Virus record (IMG/VR): IMGVR_UViG_3300044837_000112
Location: 1 to 64,000 of that record
Origin: a virus
Length of the DNA: 64,000 nt
Direction: 5' to 3' (one strand)
Made by a program: the position numbers and the translations under genes. This document shows, one piece after another, positions 28,235-38,179 of the stretch. The notes beneath the pieces are model-generated. The model saw only the letters and a list, made by a program, of their open reading frames with translations. It searched no databases and was not told the DNA's origin. The stretch's first letter is position 1; each line of letters opens with the position of its first letter.

Positions 28235-28510
28235 TCAGGGCCTTCTCTCGTCGAACAACGCCAGGACGCGAGCAGTTGCATCTGTTGCTCGCGTCAACTG
28301 GGCGATGACGTTGTCGCGGAGGGTATCGTTCAGGAGTTTTAGTTCTGCCTCCGCGCGGTCGGCGCGCATCACCTCGCGCTCGTTGTTCTTCTGAAGCATG
28401 TTGAACAGCTTCACAAGACCGTAGAGCGCGAGGAGCGCGACGACACCGACGATGCCGTACTGAAGGAACGCACCTGTTGGGTCTGGAGCAGCCCCTTCAG
28501 CAGGCGTCAT
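28235..28510 (-). CDS. holin-like/lysis membrane protein
   Basis: AGGAGG RBS; TM LQYGIVGVVALLALYGL followed by coiled coil. Confidence 0.6.
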   Translation of the reverse strand: MTPAEGAAPDPTGAFLQYGIVGVVALLALYGLVKLFNMLQKNNEREVMRADRAEAELKLLNDTLRDNVIAQLTRATDATARVLALFDERRP

Positions 28511-28536
28511 CGGTGCCTCCTAGCTTTGCCTGCCGC

Positions 28537-29229
28537 CTATTCGCCGAGCTTCGACGTAGGCGAGTGGGGCGTCGCGACTGATGGGGTGGGCGGCGCGACC
28601 GGGGCGGTCTGCGCCGCGATCTTGTCGAGGTCCTTGATCATCTGCGGGTTCTGGATGTTGACCTCGGTGTTTGTCCGAGCGCGCAGCTGCACCAGCAACT
28701 GTGCGACCGTACCCTTGTCCGGCAGTGTGTACTCCATGATCGCCTTCGCGATCTCGTCAGCAGTAGGCATGTCGCCCTCCATGAAATCGATGAGTGAGAC
28801 GGGGGGAATGTACGCTTCGGCAACCAGGTCGTAACCAGTCCCGGTTGCCGCGTTCTTGCCTGTCGAGCCGTGCTTGCTGGACACGTGGATGTGATCCTTG
28901 TGCCGGTCGCGGTTCGGGTTGTTCGGCTGATAGGGCGCACCCTTCCAGCCGTTGGCCTCATTGCGGCCGTAGATCCGGTCGTCGTGAATCACGTACTGTA
29001 GGTCGGTGACGTCGCCGAGCAGCCACGCCAGGATGATCGGGGCGGCGGCAGCATAGGACGTGTCGGTCCTGGTCATGATGTCGAGCGCATGCCAGATACC
29101 ACGCGAATCAGCGTTGTGGTCCGACCTCTCGGACTGATGCTTGGGGTCTCCAAAGGAGAAGATCGTCATCGCCGGATAGACGGCGTGGACCATCGCCTGG
29201 CGAGCGGCGAGGTTCCTGGCGAGTGGCAT
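28537..29229 (-). CDS. endolysin, M15/LAS-type Zn peptidase-like
   Basis: GD..H...SDHN...HALDI...YVIHD.RI...HKDHIHVS; ATGA overlap with holin. Confidence 0.75.
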   Translation of the reverse strand: MPLARNLAARQAMVHAVYPAMTIFSFGDPKHQSERSDHNADSRGIWHALDIMTRTDTSYAAAAPIILAWLLGDVTDLQYVIHDDRIYGRNEANGWKGAPYQPNNPNRDRHKDHIHVSSKHGSTGKNAATGTGYDLVAEAYIPPVSLIDFMEGDMPTADEIAKAIMEYTLPDKGTVAQLLVQLRARTNTEVNIQNPQMIKDLDKIAAQTAPVAPPTPSVATPHSPTSKLGE

Positions 29230-29693
29230 CACTTGCCTCCGATGCTGGGGGGTGGTGGAAGATACAGGGGTAGGCCAGTTATCGGCCGAGGTGTAGCGGG
29301 AGTGTCCGCAGCAGTGTTTACCACCGCGACTGCATCGGTTGCAACAGCGAGCCCTGCGGCAACGTGACTCGGATCGTTGACGGGATCGGGCTTGTAGACA
29401 ACGACACGTTGATTTGCCGTGACTGCACCGCGAGTCCAGAACGCCTGGACGAGTCCCACGACTGCAGTAGCAAGAGCAATAACAGCTCCAGTACTCTGAT
29501 CTGAGACAACCAGTCCAGCCGCACCAGCAAGCGCAGCAACGGCAACCACTGCACCTCGATACATGGCCGGTTCGAGGTGCGTGAGGTGCCACCAGAATCC
29601 AACGTCCTCCGGGATGCCGTCGGCATGAAAGTCAACCGCCTCGTCCTTGAGAAGCTCCAGCCCCTTTACGAGCTGACTTACATTGAGCGCCAT
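29229..29693 (-). CDS. holin
   Basis: GGAGG RBS; EPAMYRG plus two TMs plus TRGAVT, typical actinophage holin pattern. Confidence 0.7.
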   Translation of the reverse strand: MALNVSQLVKGLELLKDEAVDFHADGIPEDVGFWWHLTHLEPAMYRGAVVAVAALAGAAGLVVSDQSTGAVIALATAVVGLVQAFWTRGAVTANQRVVVYKPDPVNDPSHVAAGLAVATDAVAVVNTAADTPATPRPITGLPLYLPPPPSIGGK

Positions 29694-29759
29694 ATGGGAA
29701 CCTCCGGGTCCTACGATGGCTTTGTGGTAGCTAGAATACACCCGTGGGCTGCCGTGGGT

Positions 29760-30083
29760 CTACTTCTTCTTGGGCCCGTGTTTAGCCGAGTCCCAATGCT
29801 CCAGTCGGACCGGACCGTCGTCGAACAGGCCGACAATATCGTGTATCTCCTGCTGGCAGTGACCACAGTGTGCCCGGAAAAGACCATCGACGTTGTCGGC
29901 GCATCTGCCCGGATTATGGACTCCGTCCATAATACAGCCTGACGTATGGCAGGTCATGTAGACATCGACAGTATGCCAGTCATCCCCTTCGGGGAAGTTT
30001 CCCTGACCTGCTGGCTTCTTGGATTCCACCAGCAGCAATGCACGATGCGCCTGTGACCTTGCTAGATGCTCGTGATGCTTCAC
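29760..30083 (-). CDS. small Zn-binding protein at the tail/lysis boundary
   Basis: AAGGAGG RBS; TCHTSGC...CGHC. Confidence 0.6.
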   Translation of the reverse strand: MKHHEHLARSQAHRALLLVESKKPAGQGNFPEGDDWHTVDVYMTCHTSGCIMDGVHNPGRCADNVDGLFRAHCGHCQQEIHDIVGLFDDGPVRLEHWDSAKHGPKKK

Positions 30084-30094
30084 GGTTCACCTCC

Positions 30095-32509
30095 TTACGG
30101 GGCTCGGTAAATCCTATACGAAATAAGTGTTCCACCTGTAGTTGTCCTCATGAGCCACACCAGTGCACTGGTAGATCCGAGACCATTCCAGCCGGTAGCT
30201 ACACCCATGAGATTAGTATTAGGAGACGTTAGCATATTTTCTGTGCCAGTACCAGTAATCGTAAAAGACAGTGTTGAACTTATTGGAGTATTGGCAACAG
30301 CCGTGGTAACAGTAACGTTACCAATAACCTCATTACCGACCGATAAGGCGCCCGGAACAGTCGTCGTCGTCCCAGAATCACCGAGGACAACAGTTCCACC
30401 GACGAACTGCCCATTAACCTTGGCCGTCGATCCACTGGAGTCGACGATTGCAATGAGGACAGCCCACTCTGGCGGCGACCAGTAGCCAGCACAAGCCAAG
30501 TTGTCGACGATGAACAGACCACCGACCAGGCGGGCGTCGGCGTTCTGATATGTCTTCTGCGGCACACTCTGTGCCAGTACTCCTGGTGGGATTCCCCACC
30601 AGAGCGACTGATTCGCGGCGAGTGGCACGCCCGACGCGGTACAGGTAACGAATGGCGAGCCCGTGAAGATATTAGCAGGGTAAACATTGATCGTGCCTGA
30701 CGTCGGACATGGGAGTATTGCCTTGCCAACATTGAGGCCACGCCGCGATCGGCCGATGCCAGCGATCTCAAACTGTGAACTCCACTTTAGGAACCCACTA
30801 ATATAACTTGTGGTGCTTCCAGTTGAAGAGTGCGACAGAACCGCAGCACCGCGTTGTCCGATCAACAGATCTGGATTACGCCACGGACCCGTACTGGCTG
30901 CCGAAGTCGGGAACTGATAACTGGTCCCAGTAGTACTCCAGGGGTTGTTACCGTCGCTGTAGCCGAGGATGCCATTGTTCAGCGGCGGTGCTGTGTCATA
31001 CTCGAAAACGACGAGACCTGTCTTCGTACTCTTGGGATAATTCCAGGAGTTAAGATTTTTGAAGCGAACAACGAAAGGAACGTTATTCGAGTTGTTGTTA
31101 AACTGAAGAAAATCAAGGTAGATACGAATCCAGATCTCACCAGGTGAGGTCGTAACGTCTACACCGGGCGCACCGTGAATCGTCTGGCGCATGCCAATCT
31201 CGAGCGAGTAGTCACTCTGTGAACTCATATCGTTAGGAGAGAACTGGAAGATACCACAGTAGAAGATAGTAGTCGTTGCCGGAGTACCAGCAATCTGAAT
31301 GTAAGGATTACAGTATGCAGCATTCACAGGCGCAGAGAAGGTAGCAAAAACACTGGTCCATGTAGTCGCTACCAGGTTAGTCGGCAATGGCGACGCAACA
31401 GTACTAATAAGTGTGTTAGCGCTGTCATACCAGTCAATGCCGATGCGGGAGTCAGCTGTCGTCACAGTCGCGTACAGTCTAGTACTCACCAGATAGCTAG
31501 CGTTTGGAACGACCGAGTAACGCGTCGTCGCTCCCTCTGCCACCTTGAGCACCGCATGCGAGACGTTCGATTGCATCTTCATCGATGCCACAGCAAACGA
31601 GGCGGTATCGATCGGCGTTGATACCGCAGTAACTGTCACCTGCGTATCGGCGCTGTTATTCCAATCGTACAGGTTTGGCACGCCAGCCAGATCGAAGTAT
31701 TGATGCGCATTCAGAACCGAACCGACCGGTGCGTTCTCGTACTGGTAATAGTCTGCCAGTAACTTGTACCAAGTATCCTGAGAGCCACCATAGCCGTTTG
31801 GTGGGCCATTGAAACAGTTACCACCAGACATGAATGCCTGATCAAAAAGACTAGTGCCAAAACGATATCTGTTTGTACCAATCGGCGACGCTACCTCTAC
31901 TTCAAACAGTCCATCCCAGATGTCATTTTGATCGCTAAATCCTGCGCGCTGGTCAACTGCGAAGTTACGAGTGAAGGGGCCGATGTTGATCGCGTACGGC
32001 CCACCAGACTTCGGAAGAGTTCCATCACCGGTCCACATCGTCCGAAACGTATAGTCTGCACCACGGACGTACTCTGGGGCGCCGGTTGCACCGAGGGCAA
32101 TTGTCTGATTACCAGAAGTCGCCCAGTCGCTGGCAAATTGGCCGCCAGTGAGGATTTCGGTAACGTAGAGAGAACCAAAGAATGATTGGACAAGGACCTG
32201 CGAACCGATGCCCTGCGTAGACGTAGAGACAGAGCCAGAAAACTTTGTGTCCCAAATTCCGGGCAGGGTAGACGGGAACAGATTAACTGTGATTGACTGC
32301 GTATCACTCGGAAACCAGACCTGAGCACGGTAATTAGTGAAGTCAACGGAAACGACCCTACCCTTCTTGGCTGGTGGATTGAGACTGTTGCCAACCTTCT
32401 CGATGTGCCTTGTAAGGATGTCTCGGATGGCAGCAGCCGTGGAAGGATGATCAAATCCCTTGGTGTCGGGCGGCGCAGGCATCCCCTGAACATCTACTGG
32501 GCTTGTCAT
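30095..32509 (-). CDS. minor tail / receptor-binding protein with carbohydrate-binding-like module
   Basis: 804 aa, beta-rich; RIGIDWYDS...TWT...F.APVNAAY. Confidence 0.7.
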   Translation of the reverse strand: MTSPVDVQGMPAPPDTKGFDHPSTAAAIRDILTRHIEKVGNSLNPPAKKGRVVSVDFTNYRAQVWFPSDTQSITVNLFPSTLPGIWDTKFSGSVSTSTQGIGSQVLVQSFFGSLYVTEILTGGQFASDWATSGNQTIALGATGAPEYVRGADYTFRTMWTGDGTLPKSGGPYAINIGPFTRNFAVDQRAGFSDQNDIWDGLFEVEVASPIGTNRYRFGTSLFDQAFMSGGNCFNGPPNGYGGSQDTWYKLLADYYQYENAPVGSVLNAHQYFDLAGVPNLYDWNNSADTQVTVTAVSTPIDTASFAVASMKMQSNVSHAVLKVAEGATTRYSVVPNASYLVSTRLYATVTTADSRIGIDWYDSANTLISTVASPLPTNLVATTWTSVFATFSAPVNAAYCNPYIQIAGTPATTTIFYCGIFQFSPNDMSSQSDYSLEIGMRQTIHGAPGVDVTTSPGEIWIRIYLDFLQFNNNSNNVPFVVRFKNLNSWNYPKSTKTGLVVFEYDTAPPLNNGILGYSDGNNPWSTTGTSYQFPTSAASTGPWRNPDLLIGQRGAAVLSHSSTGSTTSYISGFLKWSSQFEIAGIGRSRRGLNVGKAILPCPTSGTINVYPANIFTGSPFVTCTASGVPLAANQSLWWGIPPGVLAQSVPQKTYQNADARLVGGLFIVDNLACAGYWSPPEWAVLIAIVDSSGSTAKVNGQFVGGTVVLGDSGTTTTVPGALSVGNEVIGNVTVTTAVANTPISSTLSFTITGTGTENMLTSPNTNLMGVATGWNGLGSTSALVWLMRTTTGGTLISYRIYRAP

Positions 32510-34281
32510 GCCGCCACTCCCGTCACTGCAGGCGTTCCAACGATTGTAACGCGCTTCGCCGTGCCAGTCATCGCGCCAAGGTTCATCGGCAGCGTATAAG
32601 AACTCAGCAGGAATCGCGTCGGAATATAGGTATTACCACTCGGATCAATGACCTCGATGATGTCGTTCGCATCGATCCATGGCAGAATGAGGGTCGAGAA
32701 GTCGATCGAAAACTCTTCGAGGCCATTCACGCGCAGCAGTGTATCTGCTAGCGCTTGACAGTCAGCAGTGGTTGTCAGCAGGTCTGAGGTGAACGGCAGA
32801 ACTCGGTCACTCATGCGGAAGATGTTGGTAGGGGAGGACAGATCCGTGTTAACTGCCTCGCCATATGCCGTCGTACTCAGACCCGCATCATCCGTGACAG
32901 TGGCACCAGTCACGATGATGTGGTTCTTCAGGAGTGAGTCATCGCCGGTCTTCTTATAACTGACCATCGTTCCGCCGGAGCCACTGTGAATGCTGTACAC
33001 CATCGGCGACAAAACTGGGTCCTGGAAAGGCCGCATCGTCAGGTATCCGTCTGGTGTGAAGTAAATCTCGTAACCAATTGCCGTAGCGATCGTCTTCATA
33101 ACAGCCCAGCGCGCAGTACCGACTGGGAATACAGTAGCATCTTCGAAGAAGAGACCGGTTGCAGGCAGTCGGAACTTTCGCACACCTGCGTTGCCGGCCA
33201 GACCCTGAATGATCTGGTCAGCCGAAAAGGTAGTACCATACTCCAGCGAAGTAGTAAGATCAGAATTCAGGCACTGCTTCGCGTAATCACGTCCCGTGAT
33301 ATGGATCGTGTTCGGAAAGCGATCCTGGTCAATCGTGTCAACCATGAACTCGCCTACCTGCACCTCCCAGCGTCGGAGCGTAGGTCGCGCCTGCATCGCT
33401 GCCAGGGGCGAGTTGAAGTAGCCAAATGCGAACTGATCCAGATATAGTGCCGTGCCCGCGACAGGGCTGCCAGTAATGGACGGACCGCCTCGCGCGTACG
33501 AAGACCCAGCCGGTACCGTAAAGTTGGCCGTGATATATGTCCAGGTGTTTGCTGCCACCGTAATGGCAGGCGTACTACTTGTCGACTGATAATTCAGGTA
33601 TCTGTCGTACCAGTCAATCGCGAGCCTTGCATTCGGAGTGCTCGAAGTCGCGAAGACCCAGCCAGCTATGTTGATGACCTGATTCTTTATGACTGTCGAG
33701 AAGCCAGGACGAGCAGTCGTCTGCGTGGGGGTTCCGACCGTCGTCATGACGCCAGAGAAATTGCCGGAGTATGCGAAGGCGTTCGTCTGGGCAAAGGTGC
33801 CACCACCGATGGAATCCCAGCCAATTATACCTGTCTCGAACGTTCCATCCACTGACAACAGCGAGACGGGAGCATTAGTGGAAGCATTCGTAGACGATCT
33901 CTCGGTATGATAGTACTCAATTCCCCAGAATGCCTTGATGATGTTGTCGTACCAGAAGCCACCGTATGGGTCTTCATTCAGTGCGAAGTCAGTATTGTCT
34001 AGAGTAAAGTCCATCGCACGGCGCTCATCACGAGTGCCATCTACAGTTACGCTTCCACTAATGAGGCGTGCATTCCAGTCGGTGATCGCCATCGGCGTCA
34101 CACCATCGTTCTGGTAGATCTCCACACGCCGTCGAATCTGGACAACGCCACCCGTCAGTGCGGCGATCACCTCATCAGAGGGAATGCCGACTGTCGGAAT
34201 TATTGGAGGGTAGCTGTAGACGTTGGATGGAGGTAACCCAAGTCCACCGATAATCGCTACGCTCGTGTCCGTATTTGTCAC
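32506..34281 (-). CDS. minor tail (baseplate hub-like) protein with inserted CBM-like domain
   Basis: GSVTVDGTRDERR, GRDYAK, YFTPDG; insert DGTFETG..GW...AIDWYD. Confidence 0.72.
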   Translation of the reverse strand: MTNTDTSVAIIGGLGLPPSNVYSYPPIIPTVGIPSDEVIAALTGGVVQIRRRVEIYQNDGVTPMAITDWNARLISGSVTVDGTRDERRAMDFTLDNTDFALNEDPYGGFWYDNIIKAFWGIEYYHTERSSTNASTNAPVSLLSVDGTFETGIIGWDSIGGGTFAQTNAFAYSGNFSGVMTTVGTPTQTTARPGFSTVIKNQVINIAGWVFATSSTPNARLAIDWYDRYLNYQSTSSTPAITVAANTWTYITANFTVPAGSSYARGGPSITGSPVAGTALYLDQFAFGYFNSPLAAMQARPTLRRWEVQVGEFMVDTIDQDRFPNTIHITGRDYAKQCLNSDLTTSLEYGTTFSADQIIQGLAGNAGVRKFRLPATGLFFEDATVFPVGTARWAVMKTIATAIGYEIYFTPDGYLTMRPFQDPVLSPMVYSIHSGSGGTMVSYKKTGDDSLLKNHIIVTGATVTDDAGLSTTAYGEAVNTDLSSPTNIFRMSDRVLPFTSDLLTTTADCQALADTLLRVNGLEEFSIDFSTLILPWIDANDIIEVIDPSGNTYIPTRFLLSSYTLPMNLGAMTGTAKRVTIVGTPAVTGVAA

Positions 34282-34284
34282 CGG

Positions 34285-34474
34285 ACTCCTAGCTGGTCGT
34301 TAGAACGATGCCGCCCTCGCGGAGCATGGCAACCTGATGTCCAGGGTGAGACTTGCCCAGTTCGGCCCAGCCGCAGATGCAGCCACTGAAGTCGCGCCGC
34401 TGGTGGTCAATGAGAATCTTCTCGGCTGCCCTGTCTACTTCATCAGCAGTCATACCGGATAACTCCTAGCTGGT
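34285..34474. repeat. 13-bp direct repeat ACTCCTAGCTGGT flanking a small gene
   Basis: copies at 34285-34297 and 34462-34474; on the - strand it reads ACCAGC-TAG-GAGT (stop plus RBS). Confidence 0.8.
34289..34453 (-). CDS. 54-aa His/Cys protein (not in the ORF track)
   Basis: MTADEVDRAAEKILIDHQRRDFSGCICGWAELGKSHPGHQVAMLREGGIVLTTS; AGGAG RBS. Confidence 0.65.
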   Translation of the reverse strand: MTADEVDRAAEKILIDHQRRDFSGCICGWAELGKSHPGHQVAMLREGGIVLTTS

Positions 34475-37400
34475 GCGAGTAGTAAGGGTGATGCTTGTAT
34501 TGTATACCTGAGTATATGCCATTGTCAAGTCGGAGAGATCCGCCGGTCCAACACCAGAAATACGTGTTACTGCCGGCGGCGCGAACTTGACGTATAGGAC
34601 ATCTCCGAATGGAGTCTTCATGTAGCAACCCACTCGATTCTTCGCCAGGTAGATGAAGAACTGCTTGTCACCAGGCGCCGAGACGGTATCACGCAACTGA
34701 ATATTCAGACTGCCGACGATTCCAGTCGCCGAGCCTAACTGCATCTGATTACCACGATCGACCACCAGCAGCGTGGCCTGCTCAATACCGTCGGTGTACC
34801 CATCAGCCGTTACGTTCTTCGCCTCGAATGAAGCAATCGAGCCGATGGCAACGTCAGGCACGAAGACATATCGATCTCCAGGCATCACTACCGTCGTGAA
34901 GCTACCGATAGCAGAGTCAATAAGCGAACCGAACCGCTCTACTGTCTGCGTGACCACATAGTCGATATTCTTCCCCTGTGGAGCAAGGTAGTCATTGTAG
35001 GTAAAGTTGGTCGACGTACCGTCCTGCGTCTCGAACAGCAGAACCCAGGTACTACGGGTATTCTGCGTATCCATGTCAGCATTCGCTGCGACGTTGTAGC
35101 GTCGCCATACTCGCCAGCTGTTAAAGTCGGTATCCTGAGCCGAGTTGGTCCAGGTAATCTGTGCGTACAACTCAGTTGGCAAGATCGAGTAAGCAGCTAT
35201 AGCTCCAGGCGTCCAAGCCGCGACGTCCAGCGCCTTGGCGTTACCGAGGAGCCCAGTCGTATCCTGGATCTCGACTCGGAAGACATACCACAGATTCTGA
35301 GTCATCACGTTCGCGCTGAACTGATACTGCTGCAGGGCGCTGGTGATCCAACCGCTGGTAACCCGCGTTGCCGGGTCGGCATCGGTAACAGACAGATTCG
35401 TCATCCGGATTACAGTAGTCGTATTCGTCACGCCAGTATTTTGGAGCGCAAATAGGCCCATCTGTCCAGCAGCAACCATCACAAGTGACTGCACGCCCGT
35501 ATCAAGATTCCAGTTGGCGGGCTCGTTCGCGGTCAGCGCCCATGTTTTGCACTGGATTCGTTGGCCAGTTACCCTGAATCGGAAGTTGATGTCCGTTCCA
35601 GCTGTGTAAGTATTAGGTGCCCCAGAACTACCACCATCATTCAGCGCGTAGACGAAGGCGCCACCGCTAAGGACCTGGATATTCATGGCGAAGGTGCCAT
35701 CGGCATTGAAGTTCGGTCCGATAAGTATATAGTTGTTGATGTCGACGTAGCGCATCATGAGCTTGCCAGCGATCGGTGCGCCAACTGCCGTAACATTGAT
35801 ACCGAGACGGCAACTGATATCCGAGTCAGCGACTACATCACCATCCAAGATGGCACGGAAGGAGCCAACCACGTCACCGATGAGCAGATTGCCCCAGGTT
35901 CCATCAGTACTGAACTTGCTAGCAGCTCCAGCGAGGATATTGTAAGAGCCACCGCTAGAGGACGTACCCCAACCGTTTGCTGTCACGCGAGCGTAGATGT
36001 CCGCGAACCGCGCCGGGTCGATGCTCACCTTGTAAGCATTCTGCGCACGGCCGGTCACTGACGAATAGTTCCAGGTAACGGTGGGCGCCGCCGACGTCAC
36101 CGTTCCGGCATCCACCGGCGACGTTAGCGTCGCAGTAGGCGGATCGGATAGGGTGAATGACACCGGATTACAGTAGGGCCCTTGAGTATTATCGGTATCC
36201 CAAACCGACACCTGCCAATATAGAGGGATATCCTTGTAGGTCGACGCAATCACGATCTGTGTCGAGGTAACAGGCGATGTTATCTTAGTTGTGTCGTAGA
36301 TGAGACTATTGGTGTCGTAGCGGTATACCTGGACCTGGTACGCGGTTTGCGTGTCAGTTGTCTCGGTGTCGCTAAACTTCCAAGTGAACGCAACGCCAGG
36401 AAGGTAGAAAGCTGCAACGGAGCCGGCAAGTGGAGACGTCGGAATCGCTGTCGGCTGATGTAGTACACTGAATGTCGTCGTAAGAGACCAGGCACCAATC
36501 GATCCAAGGTCACTCAAGACACGGGAACGAATGTACCAAGTGCCAGTAAACAGTTTCTCAACGCCAATGCCAGATAGCTGGTGCTTGGTTGTCAGTAGCG
36601 GCGCAGCGGCAGCCGTGCTGCTGCCCATATACCTGTAGGCAGAGTCCAACTCAGTGATGACGTGTACGCTCGTCGTAAATCCAGCATCCGCCGCGATGTT
36701 CCACTCCAACTTGCCATTGGCAAGTGGATAGGCCACCGGCGCCTGAGATGTCACCTGCAGTAGTGGAGTATCTTTCGCCTGCACTCCATTCGGTGACGCA
36801 TTAGTTGGCGCATTGAATGAGACATCAGTGATGGCTCGAACGATTGGCGCCGTCGGCAGGTAGACGCTGCTGGCTTGGCCAATATATGTCATGAAGTTAA
36901 ACTGGTGAAGACCGCCGGTGTTAATGTTGTTGCCAGTGCCCCAGATAGCAATCGGGTAGTATGCTGACTGATAGACGAAGTTATTATCGAGAGTGCGGGA
37001 CGATATGTCCTTGCGAGACACATGCGGATCGGTGTTTAGCTTGTAGGTAAACGTGACTGCATTCAGAACCGAGTTGTGCGCACCCGATACATAGCTTGGT
37101 ACATTACTTGTGATAAAAGCGATCACTACCTGGTTATCTACAAACGCGCTACAGACGTAGTTATAAGGCGTCGAAGCAGTGTAGATCGCCGAGTTCGCAA
37201 CGGCACTTCGAGGACCTATCGACTGGATGATGTCAATAGGCACATTGGTGTACGTGCCGGAAGTGAGTCGCGCGACCGAGAACTGTGGCTGCGACGCGCC
37301 AGCAACGAAAGCCGCCTGATACATGCCGCCAGCCATCCGATACAGCCAGATGCGACGGTATGGGGAGCCGACCCCCTTGTTAAACTGACTCCAAATGCCG

Positions 37401-38176
37401 AGGGTAGTCGCGGCAGCTCCAGTGCTGATATTGAATGTCAGCTCACGGATATTGTCTCCGTAGTCGATGGTCGTCGTCATCCGCGTGTAACTCATGACCA
37501 ACTGAACTACGTTGGCGACGACGCCAACACTGTTAAACGTGATCGATGTATCTTCCGAACCAGGCTTGATCGTCAGAGCGCCGCCCGACAGACCTGCCTG
37601 GTCCTCAGTAAAAGCGTTCACCCAGGTTACGTTATCGTTCTTGCGACAGAATAGACGTGTAAAGGCCGAAAGGCTCGCAGTCGTCTTCGCCTCGAAAGCA
37701 GTGATTGCAATGGTAGCGGTCGTACCAGAAGTACCGGCAGCAACGTCGATATCAACCGCACGCCAGCGCCGAACTACAGCGTTGCTAGCTGAGACGATCT
37801 GCTTTGTCCCAGCCGTCCACACACCAGCGCTGTAAGTATTCACTACGTAGTTGAGACTGTTATCCGTGCCAGCCCAGACGACGTGCATGTTGTTACCCGA
37901 GTCCAGAACCATCGACATTACTGCCTGGAACGTCGTCGACGCAAAGACAGTAGCAGGTGTCCAGGTCATATTCAGTGTCCAGGTAGTCCGAGCCACGTTG
38001 GACTTGTAAACACGAACCTTCGCCACGCCAGTCGTATCAACGCTTGCCGCTGTTGCACTGTTCGTGTCAGGTACGATCATCACAGCGGAGCCGTCAGAAA
38101 GCGTGGCTGTCGCCTTCTTTATGACAGGCGACAAGGTCGAATTAAATCCGACCGTGCTCAGGTTAGCGCTTGTCAT
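34466..38176 (-). CDS. large minor tail protein (FN3/Ig-like and lectin-like segments)
   Basis: 1236 aa directly after tape measure; QTAYQVQV, YWQVSVWD FN3-like motifs. Confidence 0.75.
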   Translation of the reverse strand: MTSANLSTVGFNSTLSPVIKKATATLSDGSAVMIVPDTNSATAASVDTTGVAKVRVYKSNVARTTWTLNMTWTPATVFASTTFQAVMSMVLDSGNNMHVVWAGTDNSLNYVVNTYSAGVWTAGTKQIVSASNAVVRRWRAVDIDVAAGTSGTTATIAITAFEAKTTASLSAFTRLFCRKNDNVTWVNAFTEDQAGLSGGALTIKPGSEDTSITFNSVGVVANVVQLVMSYTRMTTTIDYGDNIRELTFNISTGAAATTLGIWSQFNKGVGSPYRRIWLYRMAGGMYQAAFVAGASQPQFSVARLTSGTYTNVPIDIIQSIGPRSAVANSAIYTASTPYNYVCSAFVDNQVVIAFITSNVPSYVSGAHNSVLNAVTFTYKLNTDPHVSRKDISSRTLDNNFVYQSAYYPIAIWGTGNNINTGGLHQFNFMTYIGQASSVYLPTAPIVRAITDVSFNAPTNASPNGVQAKDTPLLQVTSQAPVAYPLANGKLEWNIAADAGFTTSVHVITELDSAYRYMGSSTAAAAPLLTTKHQLSGIGVEKLFTGTWYIRSRVLSDLGSIGAWSLTTTFSVLHQPTAIPTSPLAGSVAAFYLPGVAFTWKFSDTETTDTQTAYQVQVYRYDTNSLIYDTTKITSPVTSTQIVIASTYKDIPLYWQVSVWDTDNTQGPYCNPVSFTLSDPPTATLTSPVDAGTVTSAAPTVTWNYSSVTGRAQNAYKVSIDPARFADIYARVTANGWGTSSSGGSYNILAGAASKFSTDGTWGNLLIGDVVGSFRAILDGDVVADSDISCRLGINVTAVGAPIAGKLMMRYVDINNYILIGPNFNADGTFAMNIQVLSGGAFVYALNDGGSSGAPNTYTAGTDINFRFRVTGQRIQCKTWALTANEPANWNLDTGVQSLVMVAAGQMGLFALQNTGVTNTTTVIRMTNLSVTDADPATRVTSGWITSALQQYQFSANVMTQNLWYVFRVEIQDTTGLLGNAKALDVAAWTPGAIAAYSILPTELYAQITWTNSAQDTDFNSWRVWRRYNVAANADMDTQNTRSTWVLLFETQDGTSTNFTYNDYLAPQGKNIDYVVTQTVERFGSLIDSAIGSFTTVVMPGDRYVFVPDVAIGSIASFEAKNVTADGYTDGIEQATLLVVDRGNQMQLGSATGIVGSLNIQLRDTVSAPGDKQFFIYLAKNRVGCYMKTPFGDVLYVKFAPPAVTRISGVGPADLSDLTMAYTQVYNTSITLTTRTS

Positions 38177-38179
38177 GCC

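Noticed and set aside
28537-29592. 351-aa Cys-rich version of the endolysin, and the long N-termini of capsid (49616) and tape measure (42577)
   Set aside because: The extensions are out-of-frame overlaps or leader DNA; better-supported starts are at 29229, 49331 and 42499.
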